Positions 36,946-47,132 of a stretch of DNA of 56,387 nt are shown piece by piece. The position numbers and the translations under genes are program-made. The notes under the pieces are model-generated. The model made no database searches. It was not told the DNA's origin and was given only the letters and a program-made list of their open reading frames with translations. Position 1 is the stretch's first letter. The number at the start of each line of letters is the position of its first letter. Origin of the DNA: an uncultured Treponemataceae bacterium (lineage in GTDB: Bacteria; Spirochaetota; Spirochaetia; Treponematales; UBA12059); contig CAZAJF010000012.1 of the NCBI GenBank assembly GCA_964485395.1, forward strand, positions 1-56,387, written 5' to 3'.

Positions 36946-38073
36946 CTACTGCGCCTGGAATCGGTGGAAATAGCGGACTTCGGCTCCGTCCACCAGCTTG
37001 GTGTGCTTGGCGCCGGTCCGGCTCCATGACTTGCCGAAATCCTCGCGGTCCACGACGAAGCATATGTTCCATCCGGCGAACTTCTTGGGAAGGTCCGCGA
37101 GCCTGGCGTACAGGGCGTTGGATTCCTCGGGCGAGCCCAGGCGCTTGCCGTAGGGAGGATCCGCGAACAGGAAGCCTTTCTCGGCGAGCGGGGTCGCGTC
37201 CTCGGCCTTGGAGGAAAAAAACTTTATCTTCGTCGCGACGCCGGCGGTACCCGCGTTGGCCACGGCCGCCTTGACGGTGCTCGCGTCCGCGTCGGATCCA
37301 GCTATATAAACTTCACGATCCATCTGGATCTTGGCCTGCGCGCGGTCTTTTTCTTCCTTCATGTGCAGGATGTTTCCGATGGGCATGGTTTCCCAGGTAA
37401 AGTGGCGCTTAAGGCCCGGGGCGATATCCAGGGCATACAGGGCAGCCTCGATGGGTATGGTGCCCGAGCCGCAGAACAGATCGTGCAGCGGAAAGGAGCG
37501 TTTCCAACCGGCCATGAAAAGGAGCGCGGCCGCGAGGCTTTCCTTCAGCGGCGCCTCCGTGGGAAGCCGTCGGTATCCGCGGCGGGACAGGGCGTCTCCG
37601 GACAGGTCCACCTCGACGGTGGCCTGATCGGCCTCGATGCGCACGCGCGCCGTTACCTGCGCCCCGGTGGCGGCGGGTCGGCCCAGCTTATAAGCCTGCG
37701 CGATCCGCTCGTACGCGGCCTTCTGCACCATAGCCTGCACGGTGCTCTGCGAATCTATCTTGGAGCGGTTGCAGCGGGCTTTCTCGATGACGATGCTGTC
37801 CGTTTTCGCGGCGAGGCGTTCCCAGGGCAAGGCGAGAGCGCCCTCGAACAGCTCGTCGAAATCGGCCGCGGGAAAAGAGCCGAACTGGAGGAACAGCCTG
37901 TCGGCGGTTCTAAGGTTTACGAGGGCGCGGGCGATTTCCCGGGAATCGGCGTTGAAATAAACGCGGCCGGCCGAGCGTTCGGTGGCTTTCATGCCCAGGA
38001 GCTCTATCTCGTGGGCCAGTACGCGCTCGGCGCCGACGACGCACGAAGCGGAAAGATACAGTGAATCATTCAT
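36946..38073 (-). CDS. THUMP-domain class I SAM-dependent RNA methyltransferase (RlmL/RlmK-like)
   Basis: THUMP-like N-terminus, SAM motif LHDLFCGSGTIPIEA and DPPYG motif. ATG at 38073; the ORF track begins at GTG 38115. Confidence 0.75.
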   Translation of the reverse strand: MNDSLYLSASCVVGAERVLAHEIELLGMKATERSAGRVYFNADSREIARALVNLRTADRLFLQFGSFPAADFDELFEGALALPWERLAAKTDSIVIEKARCNRSKIDSQSTVQAMVQKAAYERIAQAYKLGRPAATGAQVTARVRIEADQATVEVDLSGDALSRRGYRRLPTEAPLKESLAAALLFMAGWKRSFPLHDLFCGSGTIPIEAALYALDIAPGLKRHFTWETMPIGNILHMKEEKDRAQAKIQMDREVYIAGSDADASTVKAAVANAGTAGVATKIKFFSSKAEDATPLAEKGFLFADPPYGKRLGSPEESNALYARLADLPKKFAGWNICFVVDREDFGKSWSRTGAKHTKLVDGAEVRYFHRFQAQ

Positions 38074-38186
38074 ACCTATACTATGCACTTTGCTGGGAAA
38101 TTTCGCAATAGGCACGGTTTCCTCATTGCGAATACTTGCGTTTGCGGTTCAGAACCCTTATTATATGAAATGAGCGTCAGGAAACC

Positions 38187-39992
38187 ATGAATATTGCACC
38201 ACAAAATATACTCCTCTCGATAGCACCCTATCTGATCGCTCTTTTTACCTGCGTCGGCATCGGCGGAGCGGCCGTCGCCAATGCGGGAGTCCGCAAGGAC
38301 AGCCGCCTGTTCGCCGCACTCGTCTTTACCGAGACAGCCCATATCATCTGCTTTCTTTTCGAGCTTATTTCACCCTCGCTGGATTCCAAGCTGTTTTGGG
38401 ACGGCGTGCAGTGGGTCATTACCCTGGCCATCGCCTTCCACACCCTGAGCTTTTCCCGAGCCTATATAAAAACCGAGAAAAAACACGACACGACGTTCAT
38501 TGCCGTAACCATCGCCACCGTAATTTTCGGCGGAGCTCTCATCGCGGGATTCGTATTCCTCAAAATCGATCCCTCATTGCACAGCGTGGACGCATCCGTT
38601 CCCTTCGGCGAACTGGAATACCCGTTTTCGCCGATCATGATTGCCGCGTTCTGCTTTATTTTCACCGTCCTGGGAATCTCAATAGCCAGGGTGATTATCT
38701 ATATATTCAAGTCGAGAGACAGTTTCAGGCGAGGCGCATGGTTCATAACCGTGGGCCTGCTCACCTCGATCCTCGGCAGCTCGCTTGCCCTTTTCGGGGT
38801 GGGCATGTTCGGCCACAGGAATTCGCTGCCGCTCTGGTTCGCGGCCGGTAATATAATTATTGCATACGGCCTGTTCAACGAGAACCATTTCGGCTTCATA
38901 ACCGTGGCCCGCAGGTCGGTCATGGATACGATGATGGACCCGGTATTCGTGCTTACCGCCAATGACATCATCGCTGACTGCAACATCGCGGCCTGCTCGC
39001 TCGTGGGCAGGAAGAAGGATTCGCTGATCGGCAGTTCCGCGAGAATGCATTTCGCGAAGTGGCCTGGGGCGGCGAACGCGGCGCTGGACTTCCCCGAAGC
39101 CGAGACGGAAATGGACATCGATACCGACACGCGGTTGCGGAGCTACAGGATAAGCGTCGTCTCGGGCAAATACTCCATACGAAAAAAATCATGGAAAGTC
39201 GTGGTGTTCAACGAGATTACCGGCGTAAAGATGCTCACGCAGGAGCTCTCGGGCATCAACGAGACCTTGGAAGCCAAGGTCCGGGAGCGGACGCTCTTAT
39301 TGCAGGACGAGATCGTCCGACGCAGCGACGCGGAAGAAAAGCTCCGCGAAATGAACAAGGAAATATCCAAGACCCAGCGAGAGGTTCTCCTCACCCTCTC
39401 CGAGGTGGTGGAAAGCCGAAGCAAGGAAACCGCCCACCACGTTACCCGCGTCGCGGAATTCGCCAAGATACTCGCGCACGCCTATGGCCTGTCCGCGGAA
39501 GAGGTGGAGATGGTCGGGGCCGCCGCGCCCATGCACGACGTCGGAAAGATATCCATTCCCGACTCGATCCTCTGCAAGCCCGGCATACTGACGCCGGACG
39601 AGCGCGAGACCATGAAGCACCACACGGTCGTGGGTTATGAAATACTCCGGTCCTCGGAAAACCCGCTCTTTCGCGCGGCTGCGGTCATCGCGCTCGAGCA
39701 TCACGAACGCTGGGACGGTAAGGGCTACCCGCTGGGAAAATCGGGAAAGACGATAGCGCTGACGGGCAGGATCGTGGCGATCTGCGACGTTTTCGACGCG
39801 CTGGCGTTCAAGCGCTCGTATAAACCCGCTTGGCCCATGGAAAAAGTACTGGAGCAATTCAAGCTGGACCGGGGAACGGCCTTCGATCCCGAGCTCATCG
39901 ACCTTTTATTCGCCAACATGGAAAAGTTCATGGATATTAAAAAAACATATCAAGAACCGGAAGACATACCTTTCTTCGAACCGACTGCCTAG
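38187..39992 (+). CDS. 7TM-receptor-type membrane sensor with PAS-like region and HD-GYP phosphodiesterase domain
   Basis: Seven or more N-terminal TM helices. C-terminal HD domain (HHERWDGKGYP) characteristic of HD-GYP. Confidence 0.8.
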   Translation: MNIAPQNILLSIAPYLIALFTCVGIGGAAVANAGVRKDSRLFAALVFTETAHIICFLFELISPSLDSKLFWDGVQWVITLAIAFHTLSFSRAYIKTEKKHDTTFIAVTIATVIFGGALIAGFVFLKIDPSLHSVDASVPFGELEYPFSPIMIAAFCFIFTVLGISIARVIIYIFKSRDSFRRGAWFITVGLLTSILGSSLALFGVGMFGHRNSLPLWFAAGNIIIAYGLFNENHFGFITVARRSVMDTMMDPVFVLTANDIIADCNIAACSLVGRKKDSLIGSSARMHFAKWPGAANAALDFPEAETEMDIDTDTRLRSYRISVVSGKYSIRKKSWKVVVFNEITGVKMLTQELSGINETLEAKVRERTLLLQDEIVRRSDAEEKLREMNKEISKTQREVLLTLSEVVESRSKETAHHVTRVAEFAKILAHAYGLSAEEVEMVGAAAPMHDVGKISIPDSILCKPGILTPDERETMKHHTVVGYEILRSSENPLFRAAAVIALEHHERWDGKGYPLGKSGKTIALTGRIVAICDVFDALAFKRSYKPAWPMEKVLEQFKLDRGTAFDPELIDLLFANMEKFMDIKKTYQEPEDIPFFEPTA

Positions 39993-40011
39993 GAGCAGGG
40001 AAAAAGATCCG

Positions 40012-40443
40012 CTATGGCTCCAATTTCCCTTTCCAGTTCACGATACCCCCGAAATCGGAAACGTTCCTGTAGCCCATACCACGCAAAGTCTCGAGCGCCA
40101 GCGCGCTCCGACGGCCGGATCTGCAATATACGACTATCGGCTTGTCTTTGTCGGATTCCTTGAAAACGCCCTCAATCTCGTCGTACGGCAATAAAACCGC
40201 TCCGGGGATATGTCCCTGCTCGAATTCCTCGGCCGTCCTCACGTCCAGGAGCAGCAGCGTTCCTGGATCACGCTCCAGCAAGGTTGCCAAACGTTCATAA
40301 CCGATACCCGCATCCAGCAAGAGAGCGTCCTTTGCCGAGGTTCGTTCGTCTCCCGTCTTGTCGATGCAGGAACCCATCGCAAAGAAAATAAAAAGCGCGC
40401 CTAAAAGCAGCATAATTGTTCCATGGGGTCGGATCGGGTTTGA
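40012..40443 (-). CDS. rhodanese-domain sulfurtransferase with signal/TM anchor
   Basis: Active-site loop VVYCRSGRRS with an N-terminal hydrophobic segment. ATG at 40443 (MSNPIRP...); the ORF track extends to 40503. Confidence 0.7.
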   Translation of the reverse strand, partial: SNPIRPHGTIMLLLGALFIFFAMGSCIDKTGDERTSAKDALLLDAGIGYERLATLLERDPGTLLLLDVRTAEEFEQGHIPGAVLLPYDEIEGVFKESDKDKPIVVYCRSGRRSALALETLRGMGYRNVSDFGGIVNWKGKLEP

Positions 40444-40543
40444 CATTTGCATAGTCCTCCATGATGATTTCCTAAAACGCTTATTCAGAATATACTGAGC
40501 CATACCGTAGAAACAAAGGTTTTTGAACCTGAAAAGAGGAAGT

Positions 40544-41359
40544 ATGACCGACGGGCATGTGCATATCGAACGGGGTCCCTATGATTACGAATGGATCATG
40601 AAATTCGCAGAAATGGCCGCAGAAAGAAACATCGATGAAATACATCTCCTGGAACACTCGCACCGGTTCCTCGATTTTTCATCCCTCTACGAATCCGTTT
40701 CCTCATACGACGCCTACCAGCACGACTGGCTCACAAAAAAAAAGACACGAAGTCTAGACGAGTACCTAGACTTCGTGCGGAAGATGAAAAAAAGAAACTT
40801 TCCGGTACGGATACGGTGGGGACTGGAAGTCTGCTACATTCCGGGAAAAGAAGCGCTGATAAAAAAATTAACAAGCGACGACGCCTTTGATTTCGTTACG
40901 GGAGCGGTTCACTGGATAGGCGATTGGGGCTTTGACCATACCGCATCCTCCTGGGCAGGCAAGGACATAGACTCGGTCTATGAAAACTACTACGCCACGA
41001 TGACTGGGCTTGCGTGCTCAGGCCTGTTCGATATCTTGGCCCATCCGGATTCCATCAAGTGCTTCGGTCACATCCCTTCCGTCGACATGGACGCCATCTA
41101 TCGTAAACTTTCCGAATCGCTAAAAAAGAACAGCATTACGGCGGAGATAAGCGCCGGGCTTTACAATAACTACGGGCATCTGGAAATAGGCCCGAACCCC
41201 CGTTTACTGAAAACCCTGCAAGAGCACCAGATTAATCTCATCGCGGCATCCGATGCCCATAATCCCGGGGACACAGGAAAAAACATCGCGGCATGCTACG
41301 ATTTAATGGCCGGGAGAAAGGCGCGGCATCACGGGACGCCCGTAACGCCGCGCAAATAA
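40544..41359 (+). CDS. PHP-domain phosphoesterase (second HisJ-like paralogue)
   Basis: PHP motifs GHVHIERG and ASDAHNPGD. ATG 40544 after AAGAGGAAG. Confidence 0.75.
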   Translation: MTDGHVHIERGPYDYEWIMKFAEMAAERNIDEIHLLEHSHRFLDFSSLYESVSSYDAYQHDWLTKKKTRSLDEYLDFVRKMKKRNFPVRIRWGLEVCYIPGKEALIKKLTSDDAFDFVTGAVHWIGDWGFDHTASSWAGKDIDSVYENYYATMTGLACSGLFDILAHPDSIKCFGHIPSVDMDAIYRKLSESLKKNSITAEISAGLYNNYGHLEIGPNPRLLKTLQEHQINLIAASDAHNPGDTGKNIAACYDLMAGRKARHHGTPVTPRK

Positions 41360-41392
41360 AAGATCACTGAAAATATCGGCGGCTCGAGCGGC

Positions 41393-43159
41393 CTAGGCTT
41401 CCGGATCCTTCTTTCCGAGCCCCGGCAGCGCGATGCCCAGAGTCGTGCACACGGCAAGCATCTTGCTTATGAACGCTGCGAGCGTCTCGGTAAAATCCGC
41501 TTTCCCGTCGCCCGTCTGGATAATCTTCAGCTCATCGGGTTTGGGAAGCGCGGACGCTATTTCCGGCAGGCGCTCGATCAACTCGTTCACGAGCAGCTTG
41601 TCTCCAATGAGGTTTTCTATTTCGCGCCTCTGGCGATCTATCCTGACACCGGCTTCTTCCTGCAGATTGGCCGCGAGGTTCCGCTTTTCGGCCATCTCCA
41701 GCTCGAAACCGCGCGACATTCGCTCGCGGGCGAGGTTCGCCTCGAGGGACGCCGCCTGGAGCCTGTCGTTTACCGCCTGCACGATTCCCTGGAATTCCAG
41801 CTGGGTCTTCTTGAGATCGTTCTCGGCCAGGATCTCCTGCTGCTTCAGCTCGATCGTGCGGAGCAGTAGCCTCGTATCCTCGGCCGACTTGTGCGCGGCC
41901 TGCTCGGTCGCGAAGCTTATGGAACGCTTCTGCGCTTCCAGTCCGAGGGAAGCCTCTTCCGCGTCTTTGCGGTCCTGATTCTGGAGAACCTCCAACTCCC
42001 GCTTCAACTGCAGTTCCTGATCTTTGGCAAGGAGGCGTTCACGCGATTCTATTTCCGCTACCTGCGTCTTTTCCTCCAGGCGAAGCACCTGCTGCCGTGA
42101 ATTCTGCATCTGTTGGCAACGGGCAGATTCTTCGTTGAGCCTGAGTTCCTGCGCCTCGGTTTCCTTTTTTTGCTTGATTCGCTCGATTTCCACGTTGGTC
42201 TCGGCTTCGCGGATCTCCACCTGCCTGCGCGTTTCAAGTTCCTTGATGTTGATCTCGTCCTGGGATTCCAGATAGCTGATGCGCGCGGCTTTTGCCTGCT
42301 GATAGCGGAAAGGGCTTTGCAGGTCCTTCCATAAAGTCTGGGAGCAGACGATGGCCTCCCGGATCTGTACCGTAATTATCATGATGCCTAGGCCTTCGTA
42401 CCGAGTCTTGCCGTCAGACTGCTGTTCCTCCGTAACCGCCTTGAGCCGCGTGGTCAGCTCGCTGATTATGGGAGCCTTGTCGGTCAGGACTTCTTCCACG
42501 CTCATGGTCGCGATCTTGTCCTTGATGGCTGCTTCCGCCTGCTCGCGAAGTTGGGCGTTCACGATGGCAAGCGGATCCCGTCGGTCGGAAAAATCGATCT
42601 TGCGGTAGGCCACCGAAATATCCTCAATCTGCCACTGCACGTAGGCGAGCACGTTGATGCCCTGCTTCTCGCGCGATATGCAATTGGCGACGACTCCGAT
42701 GGTCTGGATGGACGCGGGAATCACCTGAAAGGAATCCTTGGCGGGAATATAGCGGAACGATATGCCCAGCCCCATCGTAACGGGTTCCTTTCTGTTGATA
42801 CGGGTATGCACGACATATACGTTCGGAGGAACGATCATCCGCCGCCACAGCCAGAAACCGGTTTCTCGGATATTGATAGGTTCCTTTTCCATGAGGAGCT
42901 GTTCCGAAGTCTTGATGGAAGAGACGGGAATCGGCGCGGAAGGAGCCCGCTTCGCCTTCATCATTCGCATGGGGGAAGGAGCGGACGGCATATCCATCTC
43001 CACTCCGGCGCCCGCGCCGCCGTTCGCCTCCTCTTTGGAATAATAACTTTTTTTCTCGTCGCTCTCTTCCACATCCATGAGCAAATCGGCAGGTTCAGCC
43101 TCGGGAGCGGGCATCGCCTGCTGGGCCATGAAAACATCCATAGCAGATTTATTTTCCAC
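41393..43159 (-). CDS. flotillin-like SPFH/band-7 protein with long coiled-coil
   Basis: SPFH-like core after an acidic low-complexity N-terminus. Extended E/Q/R/L-rich coiled-coil and a C-terminal hydrophobic patch. Start ambiguous: GTG 43159, ATG 43141 or ATG 43129. Confidence 0.7.
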   Translation of the reverse strand: MENKSAMDVFMAQQAMPAPEAEPADLLMDVEESDEKKSYYSKEEANGGAGAGVEMDMPSAPSPMRMMKAKRAPSAPIPVSSIKTSEQLLMEKEPINIRETGFWLWRRMIVPPNVYVVHTRINRKEPVTMGLGISFRYIPAKDSFQVIPASIQTIGVVANCISREKQGINVLAYVQWQIEDISVAYRKIDFSDRRDPLAIVNAQLREQAEAAIKDKIATMSVEEVLTDKAPIISELTTRLKAVTEEQQSDGKTRYEGLGIMIITVQIREAIVCSQTLWKDLQSPFRYQQAKAARISYLESQDEINIKELETRRQVEIREAETNVEIERIKQKKETEAQELRLNEESARCQQMQNSRQQVLRLEEKTQVAEIESRERLLAKDQELQLKRELEVLQNQDRKDAEEASLGLEAQKRSISFATEQAAHKSAEDTRLLLRTIELKQQEILAENDLKKTQLEFQGIVQAVNDRLQAASLEANLARERMSRGFELEMAEKRNLAANLQEEAGVRIDRQRREIENLIGDKLLVNELIERLPEIASALPKPDELKIIQTGDGKADFTETLAAFISKMLAVCTTLGIALPGLGKKDPEA

Positions 43160-43295
43160 CGTCGTCTCCTTCTGGCGCGATTATCTCCGGCGTCAGATTA
43201 TCAGTATTGTTCGGAAGCCGGCGCTTTGCAAGAAAAAATCGCTGGCAAATCCCGTCCTGCGGGCGTATCATGGTGGCATATTTTGGAGGCCTACG

Positions 43296-44333
43296 ATGCA
43301 AAAAGAGATATACGCTCCGCTCGAGCTCCTGGGAAACGACGGAACCCTGCAAATCGAGGGCTGGGCACGCCAGCCATTCTGGAACTACGACCGGAAAAAA
43401 ATCAAGGCAAGCCCGTTTCGAATCAAGGAATGGGATTATTACTCCATACTCTCGCCCGGAGGACGCTTCGGCCTGACGCTCACGATGAGCGACCTCGGCT
43501 ATGCCGGACTCTTCGCCGTCTGCTTCCTGGATTTTAAAAACCGCAGCTTTCATCAGGTGGATACCATCAGCCTGCTGCCCCTCGGAAGGACCGGTTTTCC
43601 CGCAGGCTCGGACGAGGGTCGAATATGCTTCGGCGACAAAAAATTGAGCATGGTTTTCGAGTATAAGAAAGGCTTGCGGACGCTGGCCTTCCAGGCTCCC
43701 GGGTTTCATAATCACGAAGGCGACGAAGGGCTGGAAGGCTCGATCATACTCGCGCAGCCGCAGATGCTGGAAAGCATGAATATCGCGACGTCATGGACAA
43801 AAAACCGCACGGCGTTCTATTACAACCGGAAAATAAACTGCATGCCCGCGGCAGGCGGCTTTTCAATAGGAAAAAAACGTTATACTTTCGATCCATCGCT
43901 CGACTTCGGCGCCTTGGACTGGGGGCGCGGCCGCTGGACGTACGAAAACCGCTGGTACTGGGGCTCAGGGTCGGGTTATGTCCAGGGAGCCCCGTTTGGC
44001 TGGAATATCGGCTACGGATTCTCGGACAGGACGCCTGCCAGCGAAAACGCGCTGTTTTACGCAGGCAAGGCGCATAAGCTGGAGAGCGTCGAGTTTCATA
44101 TCGACGAAAGCGATTATACGAAACCCTGGCGCTTCTCAAGCTCCGACGGACGTTTCGAAATGGACTTCAAGCCGCTCGTAGATCGAAATTCCGCCATGAA
44201 GCTCGGCCCCGTCAAGTCGGTCCAGCATCAGGTATTCGGCGAGTACAGCGGCACGGCCATCCTCGACGACGGCAAAAAAATCGTGATTGAAAATTTCCTT
44301 GCCTTTGCCGAGGACGTATACAACCGCTGGTAG
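43296..44333 (+). CDS. DUF2804-family protein
   Basis: 345 aa. TGGCAA-N17-TATCAT promoter and GGAGG RBS. Sequence pattern consistent with DUF2804, recalled from memory and not verified. Confidence 0.55.
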   Translation: MQKEIYAPLELLGNDGTLQIEGWARQPFWNYDRKKIKASPFRIKEWDYYSILSPGGRFGLTLTMSDLGYAGLFAVCFLDFKNRSFHQVDTISLLPLGRTGFPAGSDEGRICFGDKKLSMVFEYKKGLRTLAFQAPGFHNHEGDEGLEGSIILAQPQMLESMNIATSWTKNRTAFYYNRKINCMPAAGGFSIGKKRYTFDPSLDFGALDWGRGRWTYENRWYWGSGSGYVQGAPFGWNIGYGFSDRTPASENALFYAGKAHKLESVEFHIDESDYTKPWRFSSSDGRFEMDFKPLVDRNSAMKLGPVKSVQHQVFGEYSGTAILDDGKKIVIENFLAFAEDVYNRW

Positions 44334-44354
44334 CTCGCTCTCCGGCGCCGGCGG

Positions 44355-45953
44355 CTAGAGGCTGCACGCCAGAAAGCGCGGCGCCTTGCGCGCCTTGAGC
44401 GCAGATTCCAGCGCAAAAGCCAGATTGATGAGCCGGCCTTCGCTCCATGCCGTTCCGATAAACGACACGCCGATGGGCAGGCCATGGTACCAGCCCGCAG
44501 GTATCGTTATGGAAGGATAACCTGCCACCGCCGCAGGTGCGGAGCTGCCCGAGTCGATGCTGTCGCCGTTCACGAGGTCGATCATGGGAGCGGGTCCGTT
44601 GGAAAGCACAAGCAGGGCATCCAATCCGTTTGCCGCCAGCGCCGCGTCGATGCCCTTGGCGCGCGTGCGATCCTGATTTCCCTCAAGGGCGTCGCGATAC
44701 GCTTTTTCCGTAAGAGGCCCCATCGATGCCGCCTTTTCGATCAATTCCTGCCCGAAATACGGCATCTCCCTACTCGCGTTTTTTTTGTTGAACTCGATAA
44801 GCTCGTCCAAGGTCTTCACGGCGGCCCCGGGCCGCGCGGCTAGATATGCCTCCAAATCGGCCTTGAACTCGTGCAGTAAAACGGTAAACTCATCTTCACC
44901 AATTTCCGCTGCATGGGGCAGATCGACGGGATCAAGCACCACCGTGCCTTCCGCTTTCAAAGCTTCGATTACGCCGGTCAGTACAGGTTCAAGCTCCGGC
45001 CTGAAATTGAAGCTTGGGTCGCGGACGATTCCGATATGGGCGCCACGCAATCCACCCGGTTTCAGGAAGGAGGCATAGTCGGTAAAAGTCTTGAATCCCG
45101 GGATACCGGAGGATTCCATCGTGGCCGGATCCGAAGAATCCGCTCCGGTCATGGCTCCCAGAAGCAAGGCAAGATCGCTTACGCTTCTGGCCATGGGACC
45201 GGCCGTATCCTGCGAGTGCGCGATGGGAATGATGCCGCTACGGCTCACGAGGCCTATCGTAGGCTTCATGCCTACGATACCGCACATCGAGGCTGGAGAA
45301 AGGATGGAACCGTCGGTTTCCGTGCCCACCGAGACGGCCGTCAAATTGGCGGAAACCGCGACTGCCGAACCCGAGCTGGAACCTGAGGGAGTCCTGTCCA
45401 GAAAATAAGGATTCCGGGTCTGTCCGCCGCGTCCGCTCCATCCGCTGGACGATTTGGTGGAACGGAAATTCGCCCATTCGCTCAAGTTTGCCTTGCCGAG
45501 GATTACCGCGCCGGCGCTCCTGAGACGCTCCACGATAAAAGCGTCGCGCACCGGTTTTGAGCCCAGGAGCGCGAGCGACCCGGCGCTGGTGTCCATGGAA
45601 TCGGCAGTGTCGATATTGTCCTTGAGCAGCACGGGAATGCCGTGCATCGGACCGCGCACGCCTTTTTCCTTGCGCTCGCGATCCAAGGCCCGGGCGATGG
45701 CGACGGCGTCGGGATTGATCTGCAAGACTGAATTCAATTTGCCTTCTCCGCTGTCCAAGGCCGCTATTCGCCGTATGTACAGTTTTACGATGCTCTCCGA
45801 ACTGAATTTTCCGGAGGCCATCAACGACTGAAGGTCGGAGATTGAAGCTTCCGCGAGAGGGAATTTTACTTTACCGAGCGAAAAACAGGACCTCCGGAAA
45901 ATCCCGGCCATGCCGGCAGTCTGGGGTGCTGAAGATACTGTATCGAGAGCCAT
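44355..45953 (-). CDS. amidase (amidase-signature family)
   Basis: AS-family signature GGSSGGSAVAVSANLTAVSVGTETDGSI with catalytic Ser-cisSer-Lys context. Confidence 0.85.
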   Translation of the reverse strand: MALDTVSSAPQTAGMAGIFRRSCFSLGKVKFPLAEASISDLQSLMASGKFSSESIVKLYIRRIAALDSGEGKLNSVLQINPDAVAIARALDRERKEKGVRGPMHGIPVLLKDNIDTADSMDTSAGSLALLGSKPVRDAFIVERLRSAGAVILGKANLSEWANFRSTKSSSGWSGRGGQTRNPYFLDRTPSGSSSGSAVAVSANLTAVSVGTETDGSILSPASMCGIVGMKPTIGLVSRSGIIPIAHSQDTAGPMARSVSDLALLLGAMTGADSSDPATMESSGIPGFKTFTDYASFLKPGGLRGAHIGIVRDPSFNFRPELEPVLTGVIEALKAEGTVVLDPVDLPHAAEIGEDEFTVLLHEFKADLEAYLAARPGAAVKTLDELIEFNKKNASREMPYFGQELIEKAASMGPLTEKAYRDALEGNQDRTRAKGIDAALAANGLDALLVLSNGPAPMIDLVNGDSIDSGSSAPAAVAGYPSITIPAGWYHGLPIGVSFIGTAWSEGRLINLAFALESALKARKAPRFLACSL

Positions 45954-46081
45954 CGGGTTCCTCCGGAATTCGATTAATCAATGCGATTGGGTTTGGTCCA
46001 TAGTAACCGCCCGGACGATTTTGTCAAAGAGATTCCGGAAAAGGCCCTGGTCAGATTTTTCGCTTGCAAAATTCCAAGGTG

Positions 46082-47095
46082 ATGCAATACTGTACTTTCA
46101 TGAGTGACATACCGCAAAGCACGCCGGAATATCCGGCTTGGGTCCGCTTCCGATCATTGGTGGACCTGGATGGAGCGAACCTCGATTCTCCGGAAGCCGC
46201 TCATGCGCGCGAAGCCATGGAACGGACGCCCCAATTGACGGCGCTGCTCGCCGATATCGCCGATTGGCCCGGCGTCGTGCTCAACAGCCACAAGAGCGCG
46301 CAGCAGACATTTCACAGCTTGAGCTTTGCCGCCGAGCTTGGAGTGTCCGCGAAACATCCGGCGATAGCCATGGCCTTGGAACGGATACTCTCGCGGATGC
46401 AGTCCGACGGTCTACCCCGGCTACCCATGACCTACCCCGTCCATTTTGGCGGAACGGGAACCGAGACCTGGAGTTGGGCGCTCTGCGACGCGCCCATAAT
46501 TCTCAAGGCTCTCGTGCGTTTCGGGCTTGGCGGCGAAAAAAAAGTCCAGGCGGGAGTCGATAGTATTTTTTCTCTTTCCCAGCCCTTCGGTTGGCCCTGC
46601 GCCGTGGCTCCCGAGCTCGGTACGTTCCGCGGTCCCGGAAAAAAAACCGACCCATGCCCCTATGCGACGCTTGTCTCGCTCGACTTGGCCGCAGCCTGCA
46701 TGGAGTCGCCCCAGGGACCCGCGAGCTGGAAAAAATCGGGCAAAAGCACGGCTGTACTCGCGGGCATCGAGGCGTTGTTGACGTGCTGGGAAAGAAGCCG
46801 CGAATGGCATCCATATATTTTCTATGCCGGCGACGATTTTCGCAAGCTTAAGGCTCCGCTCCTGTGGTACGACATCCTGCACGTCGCGGACACCCTGTCG
46901 CGTTTCGAGGCGGCGAGAACCGATCCGCGTTTCGCTCAGATAATCGGGACGATCCTCGAAAAAAAACGCGGAGACGGAAGCTACATGGCCGAGTCGGTGT
47001 ATCAACCTTACAAGAATTGGGATTTCGGACAGAAAAAAAAACCTTCTCCCTGGATCGAGTTTCTCGTGCGGCGCATAGAGCGACGCATGAGATAA
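46082..47095 (+). CDS. uncharacterized protein (possibly alpha/alpha-toroid fold)
   Basis: Long ORF with no recognisable catalytic motif. Trp/Gly-rich segments (WSWALCDAPII, PFGWPCAV, DGSYMAES). Start uncertain: TTG 46064, ATG 46082 or ATG 46100. Confidence 0.45.
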   Translation: MQYCTFMSDIPQSTPEYPAWVRFRSLVDLDGANLDSPEAAHAREAMERTPQLTALLADIADWPGVVLNSHKSAQQTFHSLSFAAELGVSAKHPAIAMALERILSRMQSDGLPRLPMTYPVHFGGTGTETWSWALCDAPIILKALVRFGLGGEKKVQAGVDSIFSLSQPFGWPCAVAPELGTFRGPGKKTDPCPYATLVSLDLAAACMESPQGPASWKKSGKSTAVLAGIEALLTCWERSREWHPYIFYAGDDFRKLKAPLLWYDILHVADTLSRFEAARTDPRFAQIIGTILEKKRGDGSYMAESVYQPYKNWDFGQKKKPSPWIEFLVRRIERRMR

Positions 47096-47132
47096 AAACG
47101 GCGGCGGGTGTGCATTCCCCGCCGCCGTGCCT

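Noticed and set aside
42551-43537. 328-aa + ORF overlapping the flotillin 5' end and the DUF2804 upstream region
   Set aside because: It is antisense to flotillin with His/Arg/Gly-rich composition. The DUF2804 gene begins at ATG 43296, which has a promoter and SD.
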